From positions 42,470,001-42,534,000 of the forward strand of contig OX597818.1 in assembly GCA_951406725.2 (NCBI GenBank): 64,000 nt of DNA. Direction: 5' to 3'. Under the pieces are notes generated by a model. The model was not told where the DNA came from and did not search any database. It was given only the letters and a program-made list of their open reading frames with translations. Source of the DNA: Octopus vulgaris. Taxonomy: Eukaryota. How positions within the stretch are numbered: the first letter of the stretch is position 1; the number at the start of each line of letters is the position of its first letter. Shown one piece after another: positions 1 to 15,950 of this stretch. Position numbers and translations under genes: made by a program.

Positions 1-1520
1 TTGAAATAGAAATAGAAACTAATACTATGGAGAGCACCCAGCAAATAGCTAACTCCATCCACCAGAGTATTAAGGTCACGATAGACTACCCTACGAAACA
101 CCCACTATAGACTACCACTACTAGATACAGAACTCTGGCTGGAAGATGTGAATAATAAAACCCAGATCCTTCATTCACACTATGCCAAACCTATGACCTC
201 CAAATACCTGATCTTCCGGAACTCAGCTATCGCAGACAATTCCAAATTCAGTATATTGATGGCAGACCTCATCAGAGTAATGAGAAATGTGTCTCGCATG
301 TGTGACCCTACAGAGTTAAAGAGACACATACAACATTTCGTTCACCGCATGCAGTTCTCAGGATACAGCCATAAAGAAAAGGCCAGAGTATACAAAGGAG
401 CCATGAAGAAATTTGAAAATATCATACGTAACAATAGGAATGGGATTTTCCCACTCTATAGGAGCGTATCATGGAACACCATTGAAAGGACTTAGAAGAA
501 AATAGGGAAGACCAACTCATGGTATGATAGCCACAAATATCAAAGTGTCATGTTCGTCGACACCACCCCTAGAGGCAAACTGGCGTACTGCTTTAGAAGG
601 GCCCTAGACAAACTTAAGCGAAGAATTAAGGTTGTTGAAAGGCCAGGCAACCCTATCAAATCCCTAATCAGTAGAACCTACCCTTTTAGTAGAACCCCCT
701 GTACTGTATATAGATTTAATCCACAAACAAACTGTAAAGCCAGGAATGTAGTCTATAGTATAAGATGTACAGAGGGATGGTGTAGTAACATGACAATGAC
801 GTATGTAGGAGAAACAGCACGGAGCATAGGAGAGGGGGTAAATGAGCATTGGAGGGAACTTAAGGAAGAGAACTCATCGGTTCTGTACCAGCATGCTGAG
901 CAGGAACACGGGGGTTCGCTCAACAACATAGAAGTTAAAATCTTGTCCACACATAGAACAGATGCAACACTTAGATAAATTACAGAAGCTATACTCATAA
1001 TAGAAGATAAACCTAGCCTGAATAGGAAACTAGAACGAAACACTAGCACACACACCCAATATACCACAAACTATGACAGAATAAGATCCCCATAAACTGA
1101 TAACAATATGAATATAATATAATACAATACACAGATAAATAAAAGGAATTAAATAACTATATACATTAACAAAATAAATTAAATTAAATACAAAAAAAAC
1201 AGAAAAAATAAAGAAAGGAAAAAATAAGTAGATATAAATAAATGAACAAAATAAATAAAAACAAACTAAACGAACATGTATAAACAGGAGAAATGATAAT
1301 ACAGGCACATTCCCACACACACGCACACTTACAAAACATAGACATACAAAAAAGAAAGAAGAAAGCAAAGGACCACTGATGAGGTCACAGATGTGTGACG
1401 AAAGAACTCTGGCCAAAATACAATTAATATAAAATAAAGTTGAAGCAAGTGAACACCAAATATAGAGTGCATACATTTTCATTGGCTAAACTGGCAACAT
1501 GATCATCCCCAAATACAACA
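1..1520 (+). mobile_element. Decayed Penelope-like retroelement: RT C-terminus, GIY-YIG endonuclease and 3' UTR with hammerhead
   Basis: ORF 148-495 (HSHYAKPMTSKYLIFRNSA...LIRVMRNVS) resembles the PLE RT thumb. ORF 550-978 has NVVYSIRC...YVGETARS...NEH (GIY-YIG). In-frame stops at 493 and 976. HHR lies downstream. Truncated by the window start. Confidence 0.85.
1370..1414 (+). ncRNA. Minimal type I hammerhead ribozyme in PLE 3' UTR
   Basis: ggaCCA-CTGATGA-g-GTCACA gatg TGTGAC-GAAA-G aa C-TC-TGGcc: intact core, 6-bp stem II, minimal stem III, CUC cleavage triplet, stem I CCA/TGG. Confidence 0.75.
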
Positions 1521-1522
1521 AT

Positions 1523-1587
<65 letters not shown>

Positions 1588-1686
1588 ACCCTCCTTCTTC
1601 CCTTCTTTCCTGAGCGTCCAATAATACTTTACTTGTTCCACGTCCTTGCGTTGTTGTGTTCTTTTGTTTTCTTGTTTGGATTAACT

Positions 1687-1721
<35 letters not shown>

Positions 1722-1754
1722 GTATATATATGTAGATAGATAGATAGATAGGTA

Positions 1755-2430
1755 GATAGATACATACATATTTACATATAGACACACTTCCCTCTCCCTC
1801 TCACTCTCACGCTCTCTCTCTCTCAGGCTCTCTCTCTCTCTCTGCCCTTTTCATGTCTTTCTGTCTTGGCTGCTATTTCCTGCAGTCAAATTGGCCTTTT
1901 AACTTATCCACAGTGCACCCACCCAGTTTAAAGCCTCATCACCTATTCTGAAAATCTCTTAAGAATGCAAATAAAAGTACAAATAAAAATAAGGAATGGA
2001 ACAGGTAAACCACAGATTACTAACTTTCATGGCAAAGTGAAACTGTTTGTGTAAATTGTAACTAACACAAAACCAGCTTAGCTCATCTTTAGGCCCTTGT
2101 TACCTTTACATTGTTCACATTGCCACTTGGAGATTAGCAAATGAGTTATAAAACTAGCCACAGAAGGAATAGCCAGTTGAAAAAAGAAAAAGGATTATGG
2201 AAGTAGAAGGAAAAAAAGAGGAAAGGAATGTGAGTAGGATTAGTAATAAATATTCTTTACTGAAGGATGTCAAAGAGACACCACGAGATAGGGAACTGAT
2301 AGCATAAAGGTTCCAGACAGCTACCTTAGATAAAATATCGGCACATGGTGATACAAGGGTAAAGGCCAACCAGGTAGCCATAAAAGCAACAAAATAGTAT
2401 TAACATGTGAATAAAGTTTACACACACACA
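1755..2430. repeat. Copy 1 of ~650-bp direct duplication (copy 2 at 10440-11083)
   Basis: Near-identical text, e.g. ggctgctatttcct...aataaagtttacacaca; both copies give the same spurious ORF MATWLAFTLVSP. Confidence 0.9.
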
Positions 2431-2455
2431 CACACACTCGTATATATAACCCTAC

Positions 2456-2721
2456 AGTCTCTTATGTGGTGGTTTAATAAAGTATGTGATTGAGTATTAT
2501 CTGGCAATTGATATTTGATTTAGATGTATTTCTCCATTTTCTTATCTTGTATTAGTAATTTGTGGTAAATCATTTTACCTTTGCCCATATAATACAGTAA
2601 ATGAATTGATTGCATCGCAATCATTAACATTTATGTATTAACTTTGTTGGGTACTTCACTAGCAGTATATTGGATATATATTATCCCATGGAGGGTTGCA
2701 TTTACAACCCCTATCTCAATT

Positions 2722-2722
<1 letters not shown>
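2456..2722 (-). repeat. Dispersed repeat family D (also 17085-17330, 26570-27200, 44897-45240)
   Basis: Shared blocks GGGATA-loop-TATCCAATATAC, ttgcaatgcaatt and aagaaaatggaga; all copies are flanked by microsatellites. Confidence 0.7.
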
Positions 2723-2796
<74 letters not shown>

Positions 2797-2882
2797 GTAG
2801 GTCCCGGGTTGATTCGGGGTTAACCACAGTAAATAAGGTACTCAATACATAGCAGAGTAAAATTAATTTATTATATAGAAGG

Positions 2883-2933
2883 AGCTTCTACAGGACTAGA
2901 ACTGTTTCATTCAAGAGAAATCATCAGGAAGCT
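2883..2933 (-). ncRNA. Type I hammerhead ribozyme (left arm)
   Basis: Minus strand AGCTTC-CTGATGA-tTTC tctt GAAt-GAA-ACAG ttctagtc CTGT-A-GAAGCT: 6-bp stem I, 4-bp stem III, GUA triplet; stem II is weak with a U-U at its base. Confidence 0.8.
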
Positions 2934-3232
2934 AGTTAACAAGAATTGTATTTGCATTTATACATTTAGGCAGGTTTAAAGGGGTGGTGGTGGGGGACTT
3001 TTTGGGGCTAGGCATAGCGCAAAAATATCATACTTAGGGGAGTGGTCAAGGAGTCAGTGGTAAATTAGATAAAAGAATAAATATAAGAATAAAAAAATAA
3101 ATAGAAGAATAGAGTTTTAGGTAAATAAGGAGATTCTCACTTATACATATACACATATGTATATATATACACACACACACACACACATATACATACACAT
3201 ACATACACATACATATATATACATACACACAC

Positions 3233-3288
<56 letters not shown>

Positions 3289-3419
3289 ATATACACACAC
3301 GCCCACACATACATATACACACAAATATATACATACACACACATACACACACATACACATACACACATACACACACATATATACATACACACATGCACAC
3401 ACATGTGTCCATATATACA

Positions 3420-3455
<36 letters not shown>

Positions 3456-4054
3456 CATATGTGTACCTATACATACCTACACGTACACACATATACATAC
3501 ACATCAAACCCATTCCCTTATTTTAATTTTATTATTATCTTCATTTATTACTTTTGTTATCTTTGACCGCGGGGTCACAAGCATCTTGGCTATCGTCCCC
3601 CTGGGGACGACAGCAAGTCCATTTATCTTTCTACTCGAACACAAGCACTCACTCACGCACGCACTCTCATTCGCACGCACACTCACTCATTCGTACACTC
3701 ATACACATACACGCACGCGTTATATTCATACATACATACATCTACATACATTCACATATATACACATACATACGCGTACCTACAGATTCATGTCTACACG
3801 CTTACACATACATACCTCAATTCACCCACAGAAGACTAGTCCATACATATACACCAATAAATATATATACACGTATACATATACACCTACATACAAATAC
3901 ATACACATACACATATATATATATATATATATATACACGTATATATACATACATATACATACACCCATACATACCTACATATATACACATACACACACCC
4001 ACACATATACATATACATGCATATACACGCATACATACACATACACATACATAT

Positions 4055-4134
<80 letters not shown>

Positions 4135-4164
4135 GTACACATACATATATATATACACACACTT

Positions 4165-4210
<46 letters not shown>

Positions 4211-4226
4211 ACATATACACACACAT

Positions 4227-4269
<43 letters not shown>

Positions 4270-4728
4270 CACCCACACATACACATACACACACACATAT
4301 ATATACATACATATACACACATACACACACACACACATATATATATATACATACATACACACACATATACATATATATATATATATACATATATATATAC
4401 ATATATATATACATATATACACATGTGTGTATACATACATACATACTCATACACACACACATACACATACACACATATATATATATACACGCATATACAC
4501 ATAAGTACATACATGCATAAATGTATACATATTTCTATACAAGTGCATACACATACATACATTCACGCGCCACCTTATATACATAAATACATACATGCAT
4601 AGAAAAGCATACTCAAGTAATAAATAATAAGTAATAAGTAATAAATAATAATAAGTAATAAGTAATAAATAATAAGTATATATACATGCAGTTACCCTTT
4701 ATACAGACGGAAACATTCATGTAAACAT

Positions 4729-4774
<46 letters not shown>

Positions 4775-4786
4775 ATACACACATAT

Positions 4787-4829
<43 letters not shown>

Positions 4830-5031
4830 TACACCCATCTACATATATGCACATATACACACATACATGCACATACGTATAACTCTACATACCTACATAT
4901 ACATATATATATATATATACCATCTACACATCTGTATATACACACACATACATGCACATACACATAACTCTACATACCTACATATACATCGACATACTAG
5001 CGTACACTTGTATATATATATATATATATAC

Positions 5032-5100
<69 letters not shown>

Positions 5101-5324
5101 CATACATACATATACACATATACACATATTTACAAACATATACACATACATATACATATATATACATAAAGTTAATTAGTTATTAATCAATTTCTAGAAA
5201 GTTCAGTATGTGGCAAAGTAATTTATTTTACTAAGCCCTAATTATATAATATTTTATATATATATATATATATACATACATATATATATATATATACATA
5301 TGCATACATGCACACATACACATA

Positions 5325-5372
<48 letters not shown>

Positions 5373-5498
5373 TATATATATTTACATACATACACACACA
5401 CACACATAATACATGCGTATATTCCAACTGTACCCATACATTTCTATACATATATACGATACACATATACAAGCGTACACATACAATATGTGAAAGGT

Positions 5499-5978
5499 AC
5501 TTTTTCCGAGGCCCATCCAACATCCGATAGCAATTGCAACTGCCCTGATAAAACCACTTGCCCCCTCAACAACAACTGCCTACAGAGGGACCTCGTATAT
5601 ACATGCGAGGTAAGATCAGGCCCTGATGATAAAAGAAAATCCTACATCGGAATGACGTCAAACAGCTTTAAGACCCGCTGGTACGCCCACACACACTCGT
5701 TCCGGCAACCCAATAAATCCAACCAAACCACCCTTGCCGCCCACATCTGGTACCTTAAAAGGAACTCCATCCCCTTCAAGACCAAGTGGAAACTACTACA
5801 GAAGGCGCGTTCGTACACAGGAGGCCATACCTGCTGTGACCTTTGCATTTCGGAGAGCCTAGAGATCTTGTTCGCCAAAGGCCCTCTCCATAACAAGATC
5901 TCAGAACACTCCCCAAATTGCATGCATAAGACTTATGCAAACTACAAGAACTATAGACCTACTCGGCAACCAGATTGA
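5499..5978 (+). pseudogene. GIY-YIG endonuclease domain of a PLE (5'-truncated, open frame)
   Basis: CNCPDKTTCPLNNNCLQRDLVYTC...SYIGMTSNSFKTRWYAHTHSF...TTLAAHIW...CDLCISE...CMH: PLE Cys linker plus GIY-YIG. Confidence 0.92.
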
Positions 5979-6180
5979 TGACACCCCACCCACAAACCCC
6001 CCCAATCCCACCGTTCCCCTAGCACCCCCGATTACCTTTTCTCCTAAGACCTTTCACATATTGTATGTGTACGCTTGTATATGTGTATCGTATATATGTA
6101 TAGAAATGTATGGGTACAGTTGGAATATACGCATGTATTATGTGTGTGTGTGTGTGTATGTATGTAAATATATATATGTA

Positions 6181-6214
<34 letters not shown>

Positions 6215-6555
6215 TATATGTATGTGTGCATGTATGCATATGTATATATATATATGTATGTATATATATATATATATAAAATATTATATAATTAGGGCTT
6301 AGTAAAATAAATTACTTTGCCACATACTGAACTTTCTAGAAATAGCAGCCAAAAAAGTTTTTTAGCCATTTCCACTACTTAAAGAAAATTTCTCTCAGAT
6401 AATGTTTACTCAAAAATAATGGTCCTTTTACACACTGAATACTTGGTGAAATTGATTAATAACTAATTAACTTTATGTATATATATGTATATGTATGTGT
6501 ATATGTTTGTAAATATGTGTATATGTGTATATGTGTATATGTATGTATGTATATA

Positions 6556-6662
<107 letters not shown>

Positions 6663-6759
6663 ATATATATGTAAGTATACGCTAGTATGTCGATGTATAT
6701 GTAGGTATGTAGAGTTATGTGTATGTGCATGTATGTGTGTGTATATACAGATGTGTAGA

Positions 6760-6790
<31 letters not shown>

Positions 6791-7552
6791 GTAGGTATGT
6801 AGAGTTATACGTATGTGCATGTATGTGTGTATATGTGCATATATGTAGATGGGTGTATATATGTATATATATATGTATATATATATATATATATATATGT
6901 GTATATGTGTGTATGTATGTGTGTATATATATATATATATATGTGTGTATGTTTACATGAATGTTTCCATCTGTATAAAGGGTAACTGCATGTATATATA
7001 CTTATTATTTATTACTTATTACTTATTATTATTTATTACTTATTACTTATTATTTATTACTTGAGTATGCGTTTGTATGCATGTATGTATTTATGTATAT
7101 AATGTGGCGCGTGAATGTATGTATGTGTATGCACTTGTATAGAAATATGTATACATTTATGCATGTATGTACTTATGTGTATATGCGTGTATATATATAT
7201 GTGTGTATGTGTATGTGTGTGTGTATGAGTATGTATGTATGAGTATGTATGTATGTATACACACATGTGTATATATGTATATATATATGTATATATATAT
7301 ATATATGTATATGTGTGTGTATGTATGTATATATATGTGTGTGTGTGTATGTGTGTATATGTATGTATATATATGTGTGTGTGTATGTGTATGTGTGGGT
7401 GTATATATATATATATATATATATGTGAATGTGTGTGTATATGTGCACATATATATATATATATATAAATATATATATATATGTGTGTAAGTGTGTGTAT
7501 ATATGTATGTGTAAGTGTGTGTGTGTGTATGAGTATGTATGTATGTATACAC

Positions 7553-7604
<52 letters not shown>

Positions 7605-7915
7605 GTGTGTGTATATGTATGTGTGTGTTTGTATATATATATATGTGTGTGTGTGTATGTGTGTATATGTATGTGTATGTGTATGTATATATATATGTAT
7701 ATATATGTGTGTGTGTGTGTATGTGTATGTGTGTGTATGTATATGTATATGTATGTGTATATGTATATATATATATATATGTATGTATGTATATGTATAT
7801 GTATATGTATGTGTATATGTATATGTACATATACGTGTACGCTCGTGTGTTTATGTATATGTAGGTACGTAGAGTTATGTATGTATGTATATATACATAT
7901 GTGTAAATAGGTATA

Positions 7916-7956
<41 letters not shown>

Positions 7957-8070
7957 AAGTTTATATGTATGTATCCGTCTGTATAATAGGTGACTGCACG
8001 TATATATACTTAATATTTATTATTTATAGGCATATATGTGTATGTGTGTATATATATATGTATGTGTACA

Positions 8071-8139
<69 letters not shown>

Positions 8140-8245
8140 GTATGTGTATGTATGCATGTATATGCATGTATATGTATATGTGTGGGTGTGTGTATGTGTA
8201 TATATGTAGGTATGTATGGGTGTATGTATATGTATGTATATATAC

Positions 8246-8281
<36 letters not shown>

Positions 8282-8871
8282 ATGTGTATGTATTTGTATG
8301 TAGGTGTATATGTATACGTGTATATATATTTATTGGTGTATATGTATGGACTAGTCTTCTGTGGGTGAATTGAGGTATGTATGTGTAAGCGTGTAGACAT
8401 GAATCTGTAGGTACGCGTACGTATGTGTATATATGTGAATGTATGTAGATGTATGTATGTATGAATATAACGCGTGCGTGCGTGTATGTGTATGAGTGTA
8501 CGAATGAGTGAGTGTGCGTGCGAATGAGAGTGCGTGCGTGAGTGAGTGCTTGTGTTCGAGTAGAAAGATAAATGGACTTGCTGTCGTCCCCAGGGGGATG
8601 ATAGCCAAGATGCTTGTGACCCCGCGGTCAAAGATAACAAAAGTAATAAATGAAGATAATAATAAAATTAAAATAAGGAATGGGTTTGATGTGTATGTAT
8701 AGTGTGTACGTGTAGGTATGTATAGGTACACATATGTATATATATATATATATATATAGGGACACATGTGTGTGCATGTGTGTATGTATATATGTGTGTG
8801 TATGTGTGTATGTGTATGTGTGTGTATGTATATATTTGTGTGTATATGTATGTGTGGGCGTGTGTGTATAT

Positions 8872-8923
<52 letters not shown>

Positions 8924-9239
8924 GTATATATATATATGTGTGTGTATGTATATATATGTATGTGTATGTATGTGTGTATGTATATGTGTGTGTGTGTGTG
9001 TATATATATACATATGTGTATATGTATAAGTGAGAATCTCCTTATTTACCTAAAACTCTATTCTTCTATTTATTTTTTTATTGTTATATTTATTCTTTTA
9101 TCTAATTTACCACTGACTCCTTGACCACTCCCCTAAGTATGATATTTTTGTGCTATGCCTAGCCCCAAAAAGTCCCCCACCACCACCACCCCTTTAAACC
9201 TGCCTAAATGTATAAATGCAAATACAATTCTTGTTAACT

Positions 9240-9290
9240 AGCTTCCTGATGATTTCTCTTGAATGAAACAGTTCTAGTCCTGTAGAAGCT
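9240..9290 (+). ncRNA. Type I hammerhead ribozyme (right arm, sense to GIY-YIG)
   Basis: Identical to the reverse complement of 2883-2933; predicted cleavage after GUA at 9284. Confidence 0.8.
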
Positions 9291-9309
9291 CCTTCTATAT
9301 AATAAATAA

Positions 9310-10300
<991 letters not shown>

Positions 10301-10303
10301 TGA

Positions 10304-10336
<33 letters not shown>

Positions 10337-10439
10337 ATATATATATATGTATGTTTATATATATATATGTATGTATGTATGTATATGTATGTATGTATAT
10401 ATTCATATGTATATATATATATATATATATATGTATATA

Positions 10440-11277
10440 GATAGATACATACATATTTACATATAGACACAGCTCATCCCCCTCTCTCACTCTCTCTGCC
10501 CTTCTCATGTCTTTCTGTCTCGGCTGCTATTTCCTCCAGTGAAATTGGCCTTTTAACTTATCCACAGTGCACCCACCCAGTTCAAAGCCTCATCACCTTT
10601 TCTGAAAATCTCTTAAGAATACAAATAAAATTAAAAATAAAAACAAGGAATGGAACAGGTAAACCACAGATTACTATCTTTCATGGCAAAGTGAAACTGT
10701 TTGTGTAAGTTGTAACTAACACAAAACCAGCTTCGCTCATCTTTAGGCCCTTGTTACCTTTGCATTGTTCACATTGCCACTTGGAGATTAGCAAATGAGT
10801 TATAAAAAAACTAGCCACAGAAGGAATAGCCAGTTGAAAAAAGAAAAAGGATTATGGAAGTAGAAGGAAAAAAAAAGGAAAGGAATGTGAGTAGGATTAG
10901 CAATAAATATTCTTTACTGTAGGATGTCAAAGAGATACCACGAGATAGGGAACTCATAGCATAAAGGTTCCAGACATCTACCTTAGATAAAATATCGGCA
11001 TATGGTGATACAAGGGTAAAGGCCAACCAGGTAGCCATAAAAGCAACGAAATAGTATTTACGTGTGAATAAAGTTTACACACATATATATGTATGTGTGT
11101 GTGTGTGTGTATATATATGAGTGTGTGTGTGTGTGTGTGTGTGTGCGTGTGTGTGTGTGTAAACTTTATTCACATGTAAATACTATTTCGTTGCTTTTAT
11201 TTCTACCTGGTTGGCCTTTAACCTTGTATCAGCATGTGCCGATATTTTATCTAAGTTTGCTGTCTGGAACCTTTATA
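10440..11277. repeat. Copy 2 of the direct duplication plus inverted copy of its last ~117 bp
   Basis: 10440-11083 matches 1755-2430; 11161-11277 is the reverse complement of 10961-11077 across a (TG)n spacer. Confidence 0.88.
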
Positions 11278-11424
11278 TATATATATACTTTATAATTAGG
11301 GTTCAGCAACGATATGCTTCACCACATACCGAAGTTTAGAAATGGCAGTCAAAAAATCTTAGTTATTCCTTCTACTTTAAAAGGGGCTCCCAGAAAAACC
11401 AAAGTACTTGAAAACAATCCACTA

Positions 11425-11985
11425 TATATATAGTTGAAATTTACAGAAAAACAAAAGATGATGACAGGTGTATAAACAACAGGCAGGTGTATTAGTTTGA
11501 CACTCAGGAGAGTGTGAAAGTCTTTTACATTTCGAGTCTACACTCTTCAGTAGAGAGGAACGCAAGGAAATAAACAGAGAGAGAAAAAAACACTTGTAGA
11601 TTTAGCAGTCAATCACAGCACCTGATTAGAAAAAAGTAATTGGATGGGAGAGCCAGGAAGAAGGGGAGATAATAAAGTACTGGTGATCCCAAAGCAAAGG
11701 TGTGCATGCATGTGTGCATATGAGTGTGTGTGTGTGTGTAAGTGTGTGCATCTGTAATGTGTGGGTGCGTGGATGATGGTGTGGGTGCTGGGAAGTGGTC
11801 AGTGCTAGTGTGTGCAGAGTGATGTGGGGTGGGGTGATGTGGTGTGGAGATTTGTGGTGTGGGGGTGTGGTGGCATGTGGTGTGGCGGTATGGGGATGTG
11901 AGGGTGGGGTGTAGGTTTGGGGTGAGGATGTTGAGGTGGGGATGTTGGGTGGGGTGAGGGTGTGTGGGTGAAGGTGTGGGGGTAT
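11425..11985 (-). mobile_element. PLE 3' UTR remnant related to 27228-28180, with degenerate HHR-like motif at ~11521-11558
   Basis: Shares the acaaaagatga..caggtg..aaacaa..tgtattagt..gctcagga..agtcttttac.tttcgag block. Confidence 0.6.
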
Positions 11986-12312
11986 ATATATATATATGTA
12001 TGTATATAATTAAATACATATATATACCTGTATATAATTAAATACTTTGTATTAATTTTTACTTAAACAGTTTATTACATGCTAGCTACTTGATAAAGTC
12101 CTATATAGATTTTATTCTTGATTATAATGGTAAATATGAATTCACTTCAACGAAATTTATTTGCTGCTGAATTATTTTGGTTATTCACACGTGGCTGAGT
12201 TGAACGAAATAGATTTAACTTGTATATAAATGTGAACATTTATATATGCACTGTGGGCGTGTTGTGTTCATATGGTAAGTATAAATGTTTATAATTATGT
12301 ACTTTTGGTTAT

Positions 12313-12369
12313 GTCATGCTGAAGAAAGTAAAGGGTATTACATCCCTAAACCAGAAATCGATCTATGGC
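12313..12369 (+). ncRNA. Type I hammerhead ribozyme motif
   Basis: GTCATG-CTGAAGA-(stem II with AGGG/CCCT, base decayed)-GAA-ATCGAT-C-TATGGC; palindromic stem III, AUC triplet. Confidence 0.65.
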
Positions 12370-13099
12370 TAAACCTTTTTAAAAAAAAAATCTCTTTTGT
12401 TCATTCCCTTGATTTCAGCCTATGTCTATGTGATAGATAAGGTAGTTTTAGAGTCATTTGGCTCTAAAATAATTTTAAATAAACAAAACTATCAGAGTTG
12501 TCTTAACTTGCTCTTTTATTCTTTTTTTTTCACCAGAATTTGTTATTTAACAAATGATTTGTTTTCCTAACTTAGAGCATAATTTAAATTAAATTAAAAT
12601 GTCTTAGTTTACTGCATCAAGTATGCTGGTGGACACCGTTAAATTTCTTCTTCATCATTTGTTAACTAAACCGTCAGAAATATCTAAAGTTTTGAAAAGA
12701 TCCCAACAATCTCTTTTCTAATTAGGTACAATGCCAATTTTCTGGTGATCTCATTAAAGGTGATTGTTTCTTTGCATTGTGCTCAACATTCCCTTTTAGT
12801 TTGTTTTTAATTTCCTCAAGTGAACTTTATCTTAACTCCGAATTTCTCATCGCCGATGACTTGGGGTGATAATGAAAAATGGAACATAGGGCCTAGTACT
12901 TAAAATGTATTCTGAAATTTTTTTAAATGCATGGCACACATTGTTTGTTTAACAGAGAATAACAAAGAAACTTTATTGGCTTGCAATGAAATAATTGTTA
13001 TTCGTTGTTTGTAAAACAGAAAAACCGCACAACTCTGTCAGCGTAAAAATAATATTTATAAAAATCAGTTGTCGAAAGAAATATCATGTATGAAACATA

Positions 13100-13255
13100 G
13101 GCATAGGAGTGGCTGTGTGGTACGTAGCTTGCTTACCAACCACATGGTTCCAGGTTCAGTCCCACTGCGTGGCACATTAGGCAAGTGTCTTCTACTACAG
13201 CTTCAGGCTGACCAAAGCCATGTGAGTGGATTTGGTAGACGGAAACAGAAAGAAG
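13100..13255 (+). mobile_element. tRNA-derived SINE family A, 5' part
   Basis: ggcataggagtggctgtgtggt...ggttcagtccc A/B-box-like head; matches 19379-19860. Confidence 0.85.
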
Positions 13256-14049
13256 TTAAGTACCAGCATAAACTAAACTAAATAAGCTACATTGCATCAT
13301 CCAATCCAATTCATTATTTGGGTCTCCTCTGCCATCTTGAATTAGAATGAAAAGAGCCAAAAGGGTTGTTTTTATGTAGTCACTCAACATATTTGGTATT
13401 TTTGTTTCATTCTGTTATTTTTGCTGAATATTCAGATTCTTCCTTTGGATTTACTTGTCCTATATTTATGACAATGTAGTGACGCCAGGTTTTAGACGCC
13501 ATTTTGAGATGTTCATCTACACATGTGCAATGTTTGGTGTCTTCTGGTAGGCCACCGGAAGTCCCCTGAGGCGCATGTGCAGTAATCAGGAGCAGTTAGC
13601 CTTTCCCTCTATTCCAAGCCTCTTGGCTCTTGGCAGTCGATAAAGTAAGATGTGTCCTGACAGGGTTCCAAGCGAAGGGGCGAACCAGACTCGAAGGGCA
13701 ATGAAGACTGTTTTAACCATGGTGATTTAATCCGACTCTACTGCCTTCCTGACCCAGGCATTCATGCTACCAATGACCAGCGATGAAGTATCTCCTTCTC
13801 TGAAACAGTAAACTATTATTGTTATTTGTTCAGCTATTCGTGCTCCTGCCAGTTTATTCCTTTGTACAACATTATAGGGAAATGTGTGATGCACCCTACA
13901 AGTGCAGATATCACACAGAGATAGATAACTAAAATCCCACAACAATAAGGACAAGAAACTGGGAATTGTGACAATTTGCTATACATGAAAAGACATATCA
14001 AGCTAAGTAAAATCACAGCCATCCATACGTACAGGCTTCACCTCAACAG

Positions 14050-14260
14050 GTGCCGGTGCCATGTAAAATGCACTCATGCCAGTGGCACACAGCAAACTTT
14101 ATAAAGTGGTTGGCATTGGAAAGGGCCTCCAGTCATAGAAACCATGCTGTAACAGACAATTGGAGTCTAGACAGCTCACTGGCTGTCCAGCTCCTGTCAA
14201 ACCGTCTAACCCATACCAGCATGGAAAACCGAGATTAAATGATGATGATGAAGATGATGA
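14050..14260 (+). mobile_element. RTE 3' UTR-derived repeat with (GAT)n tail
   Basis: Matches 10100-10300. Confidence 0.75.
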
Positions 14261-14494
14261 AGTTCTTGTAGACTGCTTCTGATTTTTTATGGCTCTGTTA
14301 TTTTGTTTTTAAAGCTCTTGTTGGTCTTTTACTTTTCCTAGCCTATTACCTAAAATAATGGTGCAATTGTTAAATAGAACTGCTATGAATTGCGGAATGA
14401 AGTGCAAAACGGATTCCAAAATATTCCAAGTTTTCCTGCCTTGCAATTGTTATTGTTATTTAACACAAAAAAGGTGACAAGATTGGCAAAATTA

Positions 14495-14695
14495 TTAGCC
14501 CACCAGAAAAAAATGCTTAGCTGCTTTTCTTCCAACTCTTTATATTTTGATTTTAAATTCCACCAAGATTGACTTTATCTTTCATACTTTTGGGGTCGAT
14601 AAAATAAGTTCAACTGGGCATTTGGGAAAGTGGGTGATGTAATCAACTATATCCCACCCCGAAAACTACTGGTCCTGTACCAAAAATTGTAATTT
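14495..14695 (+). mobile_element. Diverged SINE family C
   Basis: gactttatctttcatacttttggggtcgataaaataagt core, as in 61922-62570. Confidence 0.6.
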
Positions 14696-15802
14696 AACAC
14701 ATGGTCAACCCTGAGTAAGCAGATGTATGATTACAAGTAATCCATCTCTCTCTAGATACATTATATCGCTAGGTCTACATTACTCAGTGTGCCCTGCCCT
14801 TTTCCTGACAATAGCATGGATTAATTTGAGGCAGATTTGGTTATTATTTCTGACCTTTTAAGCAAATATGCTAGCAGGGGTTCTATAAATTATTTGAAGG
14901 ATGTATTCAAACAAATGTGACCTCAATGCAGCCACCAAATATTCCTTTAAAGTGGAAATTACCTGCCTTTATGTGTAAATGTTGGACAGTAGCATAACTA
15001 GTTTGTGTGCTTCCCAGGGTAGCCTTTGAGTTTATTGTCCCCTTCTTTTTGCAGCAAGCCCAAAAGTGCTGCTCCCATAAAAGTAAAGAATTGCCTGGGG
15101 GCAGAATACTCCACCACCACCACCACCACTACCACCCTTTTTACTACCAATGTAAGGAACAACACAATGTACATGAAATGGCCTTGGCTTCAGCACTAAT
15201 CAAATGCTGAAGTTCAATTGAAAATAACTTACGAGACATGCTATCTGTGTATCTGGGATATTGGGTTTCTAGGCTGGCTAGTCATGTATCTGCAGAGGCT
15301 GAACACTTTTAATCAACTGATATAATAAGGCACTAGTATTATAGATCTATTAAGGCTGAGATGACTAATTTAATCAACAAGAGTAATAAAGCATGAGAAA
15401 ATATGACAAACAATGGTTAACAAAAAACAAGCTTTTATAGAATCGATTAAGTCTCCTCCTTAGGCTTACTGGAAACTATTTGTTTGTCATCCTCTTTCTG
15501 ATATCGATTATTGTCTATTGATATTTGTTTTCTTTTTCTTTCACATCCTCAATCTCCTCCTCATCAACTTCATCATGATCATCTGATTATACTCATCACG
15601 ATCGTCATGATGATCATCACCATCATCACCATCGTTGTCATTGGCATCATTATCATCAGCAGCAGCAATGTATCATCATCAGGAGTGGTGTTGTTATCAT
15701 CATCATCATCATCATCATCACCATCATTTTCATCGTAATCATCCTCATTTTATGACCACTTTTGTCAATGGCTGCATGGGCTAAATATTCTGAGCACAGT
15801 CT

Positions 15803-15950
15803 AGACTGTAAATCCATGTCAAAATAAAATATACAACAGAGATCGATAGGTTTCTTTTACTGTATGTAAAATGATAAAATCAGTTTACATACAGTAAAAG
15901 AAAACTATCAATCCCTGTTGCATATTTTATTTTGACGTGGATTTATAGTT
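15803..15950. repeat. Fold-back inverted repeat (~65-bp arms)
   Basis: ctgtaaatccatgtcaaaataaaatat...ttactgtatgtaaa pairs with tttacatacagtaa...atattttattttgacgtggatttatag. Confidence 0.85.

Noticed and set aside
13475-14033. Possible second solo LTR (TGT...ACA, GC-richer)
   Set aside because: No matching TSD could be found for any candidate end.
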